A stretch of DNA of 61,353 bases, counting the filler, from Thelocarpon superellum (taxonomy: Eukaryota): NCBI GenBank assembly GCA_026025795.1. It is 2 parts of 2 records of this genome, joined end to end, with 100 filler letters (N's around TTAATTAATTAA, not from the genome) between each part and the next. Parts side by side here need not be neighbours in the genome. Positions count along the whole stretch, not along the records: positions 1 to 30,704 come from JAPEUG010000199.1; positions 30,805 to 61,353 come from JAPEUG010000200.1. The stretch is one strand, 5' to 3'. The notes beneath the pieces were generated by a model. That model searched no databases, was not told the origin of the DNA, and was given only the letters and a program-made list of their open reading frames with translations. Made by a program: the position numbers and the translations under genes. Positions 27,321 through 36,925 of the stretch are shown one piece after another. Numbering within the stretch: position 1 is the stretch's first letter; each line of letters begins with the position of its first letter.

Positions 27321-29483
27321 ATGTACGTCTGCTCATCTCTGGTGATCATCCAGCGACTGACCACACATTCTTAGGGCGAATCGGAGGGCGAACGGTCGGA
27401 CTATTCGGGCCACCGCCCGTGCAGATCCGAATGTCAGTGCCAACGCCGGTTCCACCGCCAGTGCGGATGTCGATTCCAATCCCACTCCCAACCCTGCTTC
27501 CACTCCCACTGCCATTACCGATCCCGGTGCCAACGCCAATCCTATTCCCGATGGCAATACCGCCCGGGTACGAACGCGAGTAAATCGGATCCGGGGCCCG
27601 TGAGTAGCTCGACACCTGCCCACGAAGTCACCCTGGAACTGACGTGATGCCTTAGCCAATCGGCCTTGACTGACTTCCTCGCTGCCAACAACATCTCAGC
27701 CAATCGAATCCGACAAGACTTTGAACGGCGTCGTATTGCGGCTCAGCGACAAAATTCAAGTGGATCGCCGCTTGGTGCCAGTCAGAATAAGGACGACAAT
27801 GCCGACGAGAACGAGAACGAGAACGAGAATGAAGACGAGGCCCCGGCCGTGGCGAAGAAGCGCAAACGGGCATCGGAGAAGGCCGTCGCCAAGATCAAGG
27901 CCAAGAAGATGTTCCAACGTCGGCGGAAAGACGCGGGTGCCGATGAGTCCGATGTCAAAGACTCCGACTCGGATGTGATCTCGGCTGACTGGAGCGTCAA
28001 CGAGCCGACCAAGCCCCTCCCCGGACAGTTGGAGAACTGCGCGCAATGTGGCAACCGCTTCACTGTGACGCCGTATTCCAAAGCCGGTCCCAATGGAGGA
28101 TTGCTCTGTGCCATCTGCTCCAAGGCGCTGGAGAAGGAGGACAAGAAGCAGAAGCCAAAAAAGAAACCGGCAGGACGTCGAGACAAGAGCCGGCAGATGA
28201 GGAGCGACCTTCTGGATGGACGCAAGCAATATGGGGCCAAGCCCTTGCTCGGTCTCTGCGTGCAGAAAGTGGCCAGTAATGTCAACGACGTCGAGGACTT
28301 TGGTGAACTCCCGCCGCGCCTGCTCGACAAGCTGAGTCAGATCTTCTCCAAGCAACGCCTCGTCGACTCGCGCACCATCGATCTCTTCTTGCGACCGTAT
28401 TACGACACGGTGACGGTCTATGACGCGGCGGGCCTGACCGTTTCCGACTTCCTGCGCCTCTTCGCCATTGTCCCCAGCGTCCGCAACCTTCGACTGGACA
28501 AGGCGGGTCAATTTAAGAACGAGATCCTCAAGTACGTGACAGACCACCCCGCCGTCCACATCGTCCACCTGTCCCTCAGCGGCGCCAACCACATTGACGA
28601 CGAGCAATGGCGCGCCTTCTTCTCGGTCAAGGGGAAGCATCTCGAGACGATCAAGCTCGACTTTCTCGACGGCCACTTTGACGACACCACCTTCTCCACC
28701 ATGGTCGAACACTGCCGCAACCTGGCTCGACTGAAGCTCGAACGCTTATGGAAGTTGACGCCGGCCTCCATCGAGCACGTGGCGGAGATGAACAACCTCA
28801 AGCATCTAACCCTGCGCTTCCGCACGCCAGGTAGCAACGCCGCGAGCCTCGACCTCGAGCCGACGCACATCATTGGCCCTCTACGCGCAATGGGGCACCA
28901 ACTACACACCCTTTGTCTCGACGATTTCTCGCATTGTGATGACGATGTGCTAAAGACCATCCACGCGCACTGCACGCACCTCAGCAAATTGCGCGTCGCC
29001 GACGCCCCACTCATTACCGACGCCGCTCTCGTCTCGCTCTTCACAGACTGGCGCAATCCGGGCCTCACGTCGGTCAACTTCCGCGCCTGCCGCAGTGTCG
29101 AAGAGACCCAGCCAGCAGTGAACCCCTCCCCGCTCGGCCTATGCAGCGCCGGCTTCCAAGCGTTAATGGCACATTCCGGTGGGCGGCTCGAGTCACTGTC
29201 GGTGCCAGCCTGCCGACACATTTCGCATGCAGCCTTTTCGGCTGTCTTCTCCGGAAAGACGAGGTATCCACTCCTCTCGTCCATCGACGTCTCTTTCTGC
29301 GACGCAGTCGACGATCCTGTGCTTGTTGGCATTTTCCGCTCATGCCCCAAGCTGCGCCGCATTTCTATCTTTGGTTGCTTCCGTGTCAAAGATGTCCGCG
29401 CCCCGCGCGGTGTCGTCCTGCTCGGTCGTCCGAACGCGCAGGACGAGATCGCTATTGAGGGCGATGGAGAGGTGGAGGAGTAG
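27321..29483 (+). CDS. RAD7: DNA repair protein Rad7 (LRR/RNI-like)
   Basis: Spliced N-terminal motif NRIRGPQSALTDFLA, CxxC...FTVTPYS...LCxxC, then LRRs ending ISIFGCF. Introns 27323-27374 (splits the ATG) and 27600-27655. Confidence 0.92.
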
Positions 29484-30704
29484 GTCAAGGTTCGAAGGCC
29501 GGCCTTTCTCCGCCCGCAGCGAGGTGGCTAGATAGCTAGGTGGCCAGAAAGCCGTACCAGACGAATCAATGCGAGAGGAGCTTTCCATACGCCAGACACC
29601 AAGCAGTGTGTGTACGCGCCCCAGGCCTCTGACTGTCAACACTCCGCGCCAGCTTACTGATAATCGGGGATGGATACAGCTAATTGGGGTCCCCTGGTCA
29701 CCGAGTAGGTATACTGGAGCTCTCCCAGTACACCGAGTAGGCCGATGGGAGCCTTCCCCGCTGCACGAGTGAATACATTGGAGTCTTCTGTATCTATCAA
29801 GGACGAAGAATGGAGTCCTCCCTATTCATCGAGAAAGCCGGCCGAGGCTCTCCCTGTTCACTAAGCTCATGTCATGACGAATGACAGCCTCCTCTGTCGC
29901 CCGGGAGCGCTTCAGCGCAACCTCAAACTTCATCTTGTCGTACTGACGCACCCTGAAACATCGACTGGAACGGGTGGTCTATTCTACGGAAGCCATCCGT
30001 CGTTTCATACGTTGCGCAGAGGGAATACAGTGAAAGACAGCATTAAGGCTGTAGGAGCGCGCACGTGGCTTGGTCACGTGCCCACTCCTATTACTATCCT
30101 GACTACGCATAGATTAGCAATTCAGCTCTGATTCCTACAAGGCTAAGTATTAAAATTCTGCTTGGGTCTCCCCATACAAAATATATGGGAACCCCTAATG
30201 CAGCGTTTCCTGGTCTGCCCTTTGCGATCAGCTGCTGTAGCCGGAGATTATGTCATCCTCTCACATTACATATCTACAGCTGTTGTCGTGTCACGTGCGG
30301 CAGCTTAGTCAAGTGCCCAGAGCTCCCGCGTGGAGCCTCCACAGTACGTTCGGGGTAAGTTGACTGCGTCCTTGGCATCGGGCCCATGGCTCTGGTCGTC
30401 AAGCCTTTCGAGACAGTCACAGGCATTTGATATATGAAGCGAACTATTGAGTACCCGGAGTGCCAAGACCCTCTCTACGACTCTCTCGGTCCTACCGACG
30501 TGGACCCGGAGTAGGGAACCCAGAGCCCTCCGTGATATATAGCCACGCCTTGGTCGCATAGGCCGCCTCTAAGGCGTAAAGAGAGTGTGCATCTCAATAG
30601 TAAAACCGGATGTATGCAGACTCGTGTCAGATGTTGGTCATACCGATGCTGCTTCGTGGATTGTATGAAGTGAATCCCCGCTTCGATTGATGTCTGGTCT
30701 GATC

Positions 30705-30804
30705 NNNNNNNNNNNNNNNNNNNNNNNNNNNNNNNNNNNNNNNNNNNNTTAATTAATTAANNNNNNNNNNNNNNNNNNNNNNNNNNNNNNNNNNNNNNNN
30801 NNNN
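30705..30804. other. Artificial assembly linker (44 N + TTAATTAATTAA + 44 N)
   Basis: Symmetric N runs around a 12-mer that encodes stops in all six frames. Confidence 0.97.
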
Positions 30805-31085
30805 GGCTGTCCACACCTCCAACCTCAAGACGGCCATCAGCGTCTCAAACGCGCTCCGTGCCGGAACGGTGAGTCGACGATATCCATCCAGCATCTGCCT
30901 ACCGCTGCATGATCTGACAGGGTGTCTAGGTGTGGGTGAATGCGTACAACCTGCTTCATCACCAGATGCCGTTTGGTGGGTTCAAGGAGAGCGGCATTGG
31001 GCGCGAGCTGGGGGAGGCGGCTCTCGCGAATTACACGCAGACCAAGTCTGTGATGATCCGCTTAGGAGACGCGATGTTTGGATGA
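30805..31085 (+). CDS. aldA: Aldehyde dehydrogenase, 3' fragment only (5' part lost at the gap)
   Basis: [62 protein letters not shown]. Intron 30869-30929. Not in the ORF track. Confidence 0.92.
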
Positions 31086-32188
31086 GATGGGATACATGCA
31101 TATCTGATAGTTGATATGAGATTTACTCTGCCCAAAATGACATCACGTATGCATGTCAGCCATCTGATGATCCCCGTAATCCACCATGACCCCATGAGAG
31201 GCTGTTAATTATGGTGGAGGGAGACAGACTTAGACAGCAAGCTGCCTTCCGTCCTGCACATGTGTCACCGGCAATATACACGATGGAATTGTATCTGCGC
31301 GACCGGCGTCGTCGACGGGTACGACGTATACTTTGGTCAATCAAGCGTCATTACCGCTTCCAGAAGGACAGGTACTTGGCGTGGCGCCCCGTCCGAAATA
31401 CACGTCACTTTCCCATGTTGTGTAGCAGATCTGCCGATATATCGTACGTCAGAGCCGCGCCAGCAGCAAATAAAAGGGCTGGTGGATGGCATCATGCTTC
31501 GTCAAACGTACAAGTAGATCTGGCTGATCTGCGTGTGTGCACCAATCACCAAGACCAAGCTGTACCCGTCTCGCGAATGAGCTCCATCGTCGAGTAAGCG
31601 GGGCGGCCAATCCTCGTCCATACCATGCGACGCTCAGTAGCGAGCCCTCACTTAGTACTGCGAAGAAGTAGAGCTACCCGTGATGCTCATATTCGGATAT
31701 ACGGCAGGTGTAGAGGCACAACAGGCCAATTCGTAGGTACGAAGTGACGGGTGGACCGGTAGAGACTTGTTGCCCAATGGATTCTCATTTGAGCCGCAAT
31801 GCAGCTTGAGCCTCATGAGGCAGCCGCGTCTACGCCCAAGGCTCATGCATGCTTGCTTGATGTGCGTGGCATGGGAACCAGGCACACCTGTTAGTGGAGC
31901 CACACCGACACGTCTGCTTGATAGCTGTCGTCCCATCTGCATCTACAGTTGGTAGGCGCCCTGGTCAATGTACGTGGTAGATATGGGAGCGACCGTGGAC
32001 ATCTTGTGCTCCCCCCTCCCTTCCTCTCGCTCTGCTTCTGCTACTGCCTCTCCTTCTCCTCCTTCTTCTCTCTCCCACCCCACCTCTTCTTTCTTCTCCT
32101 TTGACCACAGTGAAGCGGCAGCCGCATCTAATCCCGACTCCTGTCTGACGCTCACTGTTCCTCCTGGTGACGTGACCTTTGCAAGACT

Positions 32189-33055
32189 ATGCCACCGCAA
32201 CGAACTCACCATCACCACCACCACCAGACCGAACGCGTCAACACGAAGAAAAAACGAGTCCCGCCAGGAGACGAACCTGTCGACATGTCGACGAGCAGCG
32301 TCGGATCGCGAAGCGGCACGATGAAACGGAGCCACTACAAGGCGGACAGCCGGCAGCAGCAACAGCAACAGCAATGGCAACTGCCGCAGCCCGACCAGTC
32401 ACGACGTAATCGGCGCGATTCCACAAGCTCGTCGGTCTCTCCCGAAGAATTCCGCGAAAAGAAATACTATTGGATTCACAAGTCCAACGAACAAGGGCGC
32501 CGAAACGAGGGCGTACTGCGGGACATTCGCGGCACGCGACGACTACGTCGACGAGAGTCTGGCAGGGTTGAGCCTTCCACGAGGCGTGGAAAAGCGGTGG
32601 TGGAACAGCATGCAGACGACAGGGTCCATGAGGAAGAAACATTTCACGATGCGCACGATCACCTGCCCAATCACTCCTCCTCCTCCTCCTCCGCAATTCC
32701 CCAGCAGAAACTGGGCGAAGTGGTCAAAGCCATCTGCGAGGGGTTGGTCACGGTCGAGAGCAAGTGCACCAACATGGATGGCAAGCAGGCGGAAGCAAAT
32801 GACGAGATCATCCATCAGTCCATCAATCACGACCTCTATTCCTGGTGTCCGATGCAGGGCTTGGCGCTTCCCCATATCCACTATGTGCTGTGCTTCCTGC
32901 TATTGGCCTACCTCGTCCACCCACCCGCGGTCCTTCCATTCTCCATCATCTTCTTCGTCTTGAGAGAGTTTCGTATCGAAGAGCGCTTCAAGGAACGTGT
33001 GGGGGAATTCGAAAGGGTGATGGCGAGGGAACGGAAGCCTGCTGGTGGTTGTTGA
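32189..33055 (+). CDS. Hypothetical protein with a degenerate Est1/SMG6-like segment and hydrophobic C-terminus (may be a pseudogene or chimera)
   Basis: 288-codon ORF. QQKLGEVVKAICEGLVTVESKC resembles the fungal Est1-type motif EQLVAEVKGIYAGLVMVEAKC as I recall it. His, Gln and Ser runs present. Confidence 0.5.
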   Translation: MPPQRTHHHHHHQTERVNTKKKRVPPGDEPVDMSTSSVGSRSGTMKRSHYKADSRQQQQQQQWQLPQPDQSRRNRRDSTSSSVSPEEFREKKYYWIHKSNEQGRRNEGVLRDIRGTRRLRRRESGRVEPSTRRGKAVVEQHADDRVHEEETFHDAHDHLPNHSSSSSSAIPQQKLGEVVKAICEGLVTVESKCTNMDGKQAEANDEIIHQSINHDLYSWCPMQGLALPHIHYVLCFLLLAYLVHPPAVLPFSIIFFVLREFRIEERFKERVGEFERVMARERKPAGGC

Positions 33056-33651
33056 CCGTGCTTGCGTGTCTGCGTGAGGATCAGCGGTTGTTGTGGAGTA
33101 GTTATCGAAGTACAATAGAGGCGAGATGCGGCTGAGTGGAACAATAGAATCAAACCTTCCTAAGATCGCGTTCTGCAGTCCAACCGTCCCGCCCAAAATT
33201 CGACCATCATTATTGCGACCAAGTTCCAACCGTCCAACCGTCCAACCGTCCCAAAGCTCAATCATCCCTACTAATTTTCGACAGTCTCGGACACCATCCG
33301 ACAGCTCGAATCCTTCCAGGTTTTCCATAGGGTCACATGATTTCCTTTGTCAGTAGCCGATAAGACGTAACTTCAGCCTTGTCACTCCATGTCACTCCTA
33401 CTTAGCAGAAGAATTCAGCATCGTCTACTACATTTGTCTCTGCTGTTCGGCGTAACGAGAACCTGCCCACAGAAACGAGCGTACCTACCATTGCGAGAAT
33501 GGCTCTCAGCCCACGTTCTCCCAATCTGTCAGCCTCCTTCCCGCGGGAAGAAGACAACAAAACAGTCTCTTTCTCCTCTACACCAGACGTGAGATACATC
33601 AACGCGTCACCGAGCGACCGCTGTCAACGTCCTCGAAGGAGCCGCTTGCAA

Positions 33652-34569
33652 ATGGCTTTGAAGGTCGTTGAAACGTTAGATGGACACCAGGTCACCGACG
33701 AGATGTTGGATAAGGCCGCACAGCTCTTCAGCGAGAATTATGGCGTGTGGGGCGAGGATGCGGGACGGTTCCACGGTCGATTTGTAAAGCCTGGTACCAA
33801 ATTCGAATGAGCAGAGCGAATAGTGCTGGGACGTGCCAGCTGACCTAGCAGGATGCCCGGTGAAATTAAGCAGAGAACGCCTTCGAGCCCAGTGTCTCCC
33901 TCCTGATGCCAAATGCACCTACGTCCGCGTCATCGTCGATGGTGTTCTCGCCGGGAATGTCTTTGCCTGTCGTTGGACGGTGGGGGACAAAGTGGTGTGT
34001 TGGGTGACTCAATTGGTCGTTGACCGAAATTATCGAGAGCGCGGACTGGCTCAGATGCTCCTGCAACAACTCAAGCAAAGAGACGACGACATCTACGGCC
34101 TCGTGAGCTCTCATGCTGCGGCATGTAAGGCTGCCGCGAGAGTGTTCGGCAGTAAGTACCCAGCCAGATATCCCCGTCCCCGCGTCCATGAGAGTGCTTC
34201 CCAATGTCGGTCCGCCTGACCGATGTGCATCAAGATTCCATCCAGGGCGTCAATCTGAACTTCATCCGCGAGCAGGCGCCGACCATTATGCAAGCGTCGC
34301 CGATCACTTACATCGCAGAGGCACAACTTCACGGTCATCTCTTCGATCCACACGTGACGGACAGGACTATTTCATCTGTCAATACCAGGTTCTACATCGA
34401 TCATGACGAGGCACTGGAAGCCCTCCAAATTGTCAAGGAGAGGGAGGAATGGCCGCTGGGTGACCTGGAGGTAGGTCAGGAATTCCTGCTGGTTGTAGAA
34501 GCCAGGCGATCGCGGTTTAGCTCAGAGTCTGTCTCTAGCTCCTCGAGGACCAAGTCACGGGCAGCTTAG
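33652..34569 (+). CDS. GNAT (acyl-CoA N-acyltransferase)-fold protein
   Basis: VCWVTQLVVDRNYRERGLAQMLL resembles GNAT motif A; also AAQLFSENYGVWG. Introns 33794-33851 and 34152-34234 join three ORFs in frame. An upstream in-frame ATG at 33499 is possible. Confidence 0.75.
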
Positions 34570-34790
34570 AGCATGACTGGTAGTCATCCCTATTGTAGAT
34601 TTACCATACAGGGGCGATGGCTGCTCCAAGCAGCACCTCACGCCTGGTACCCCTCCAGTGTATATTATGTCGCTCATTGGCTTCAGTAGAGCAGACCACC
34701 TGTTCCGAACTCGACCTTTGAGCTGTTCACTGACTGCGCCTTTGTTTAACGTCTGAACCAAACAAACACTGACACATAGGTCGTTCGGAG

Positions 34791-34894
34791 TACGACGGAC
34801 TATAACGCCGAGTGCGACACATCCGGAATCCGGAGTTCGCGTAGCGAATTCGCGAAATCCGGATGTGTCGCACTCAGCGTTATAGTCCGTTGTA
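34791..34894. mobile_element. Palindromic MITE-like element / long hairpin (37-bp arms, TA at both ends)
   Basis: Arms 34791-34827 and 34858-34894 are reverse complements at 35/37 positions, around a 30-nt self-complementary spacer. Confidence 0.55.
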
Positions 34895-34929
34895 GACGTC
34901 CGACGATACAAATAGCGTGGTGAATTGAT

Positions 34930-34976
34930 TCACGTGACTAGATGTCGCCACCCTGCGCCAACGCCCGCTCACGTGA
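34930..34976. promoter_or_regulatory. Pair of TCACGTGA E-boxes (bHLH, Cbf1/Pho4-type) upstream of the PNPOx-like gene
   Basis: TCACGTGAC at 34930 and TCACGTGAG at 34969. Confidence 0.4.
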
Positions 34977-35481
34977 GCGCCGCACGTCAGACTGCCTAGA
35001 GTTTGCCTAGAGTAATCTTATGTGGAGAGCTGCCTTCCGATATCGGCCGTATTTGACCACGATTCCAATGCTAGATGATCGGTAGGATGAGTACCCCGCG
35101 GGACCCCGCTTATCCGGTCTAGCTTTCTTTTGACCCGAGTGTAATGGATAGAGTGGGCTACAAGCAAGCTCTGGCAATGTGGAGACGACATATCAAAATG
35201 CAGCTTCCGTGCGCGGTGGATGACTCAAGATGTTTGTTGGCATGGTATTGACACGGAATCTAACCCATTAAATGCCTCCTCCCTTCCCATGCGCTCTCCT
35301 CGTCTCTCCGTCTTTCTTGTCCAATGCAGTTCTCTCGTCCAAGACCTGGCCTTCTCGACCTAGTACTAGATTTTTCTAACTTCGAGAGACTTGTGATTCA
35401 GGCGATTGGTCTCCTTAGACGCAAAGATCCTCGCCACACCACGGCACTCGCAACCACCAAGACACTCACGAACCACACACC

Positions 35482-36498
35482 ATGCCACAATATTTCCCCA
35501 GCATCCCCCAACATCTCGCAGAGTGGGCGCTCTCGCAACCTCTCTTCTTTACGGCCTCGGCACCGCTATGCGGATCCCACATCAACATCTCGCCCAAGGG
35601 TCTTCCCAGCTCCACGCTATCTATTCTCTCTTCCAATACAGTGGCCTACGTCGACGCGACAGGCTCAGGCATCGAGACCGTCAGCCATGTATACGAAAAT
35701 GGCCGTGTGACGGTCATGTTCTGCTCCTTTGATAAGTCGCCGAGGATCTTGAGATTCTTTTGCACCGGCGAGGTCGTCGAGTGGGATCAACCGGCCTTCG
35801 AACCCTTGCTGGACGTCATGGCGGGGGCCAGGGGCGGAGACGCAAAAGAGAGGGCGATGGTGAGGGAGAGATACAGAGTGGAGAGTGCACGGGCGGTAGT
35901 GCTTCTGTCTGTGTGGAAGGTTCGGACTTCTTGTGGCTTCGGGGTTCCACTGTTCGACCTGTCTTCTGAGAGGGCAAACCCTCCACTTGGAGGTACCCAG
36001 GGGATGCCAGCGATAGGAGACGGCACGACGGCCTCCGACGCCAAGGAGAGCCACTCTACGCGTCACAATCAAGACGCTGATGAGTCATCGCCACGGTCCA
36101 CCACGGTTTCATCACAGGTTTGGGACGACAGACCAACTCTTTTCAACTGGGGCTCGAAACAAGTGCGAGCCAACAAGATGCGGGGGTATCAGATGAAGAA
36201 CAATGCCCACAGTCTGGATGGACTTCCTGGGCTCCGAACGGCGAGGAGAGATCATGGGGAGTGGTGCGTGGGTGGATGGTTCCCGAGAACTCGACCACAA
36301 GGACCGAGGCATGCTGCGACTGCCATGTGGGCGCACACTTCCAGACAGGCACCGGATCTAGTCTGGGCGCATGGAATAGATCTTGGAGAAATCAGCGCGT
36401 GGACGAGACGACTTCAGGCTCAATGGGATGGTATCGCTGTGGGGGGTCTACTTATGCTTGCACTGCTGGCCCTGCTCAAGGCCGTGAGCTTCATCTAG
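35482..36498 (+). CDS. Pyridoxamine 5'-phosphate oxidase-like FMN-binding split-barrel protein with C-terminal hydrophobic anchor
   Basis: QPLFFTASAP...HINISPKG, YVDATGSGIETVSHVYENGRVTVMFCSF..PRILR, VRTSCGFGVP and NAHSLDGLPGL. Confidence 0.88.
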   Translation: MPQYFPSIPQHLAEWALSQPLFFTASAPLCGSHINISPKGLPSSTLSILSSNTVAYVDATGSGIETVSHVYENGRVTVMFCSFDKSPRILRFFCTGEVVEWDQPAFEPLLDVMAGARGGDAKERAMVRERYRVESARAVVLLSVWKVRTSCGFGVPLFDLSSERANPPLGGTQGMPAIGDGTTASDAKESHSTRHNQDADESSPRSTTVSSQVWDDRPTLFNWGSKQVRANKMRGYQMKNNAHSLDGLPGLRTARRDHGEWCVGGWFPRTRPQGPRHAATAMWAHTSRQAPDLVWAHGIDLGEISAWTRRLQAQWDGIAVGGLLMLALLALLKAVSFI

Positions 36499-36925
36499 CT
36501 TTCCTGTGTTTTCAAACCTGATATCACACCATCTCAGTATCAAATCCTCGTCGCTAGATTGTAAGACTTGACTTGTGGGTCATGAATTCGGGGAGCTTTG
36601 GAAACCGTCTGCGGGCGCATTAACACATTACGTAAGCCGTACCTCCTTATATCCAACGGTTGAGAATGTGTGAATGAGAAGATGCTGGTTGTTTCGGTGC
36701 TCCTTCTCCCAATCACCGGGATTCCTCACCCTCTTCCATTGCTCTTTCCTCCCCTCTTGCTCCCTTCCAACATCGCTTTCTTCCAAGCTGACTCCAGTTG
36801 GAGCTCCACTGTTTGTGCATCAATCGTTCCTTGAGCCTTCGTGAGCCTGTTCCAAGGCCGAGCTGTTGCCACGGGAGAGCTCCATTCAGGCTCGCAAGTG
36901 CTGCCGTTGCGTTGAAGCCCACATC

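Noticed and set aside
27756..29488. Long antisense ORFs over RAD7 (318 and 326 aa); similar ones over RAD16, MRE11 and the phosphatase gene (39762-40946)
   Set aside because: Shadow frames expected from GC-rich codon bias; no domain signatures.
30749..30760. TTAATTAATTAA as a biological motif or piggyBac TTAA site
   Set aside because: It is centred within N runs and is an artificial spacer.
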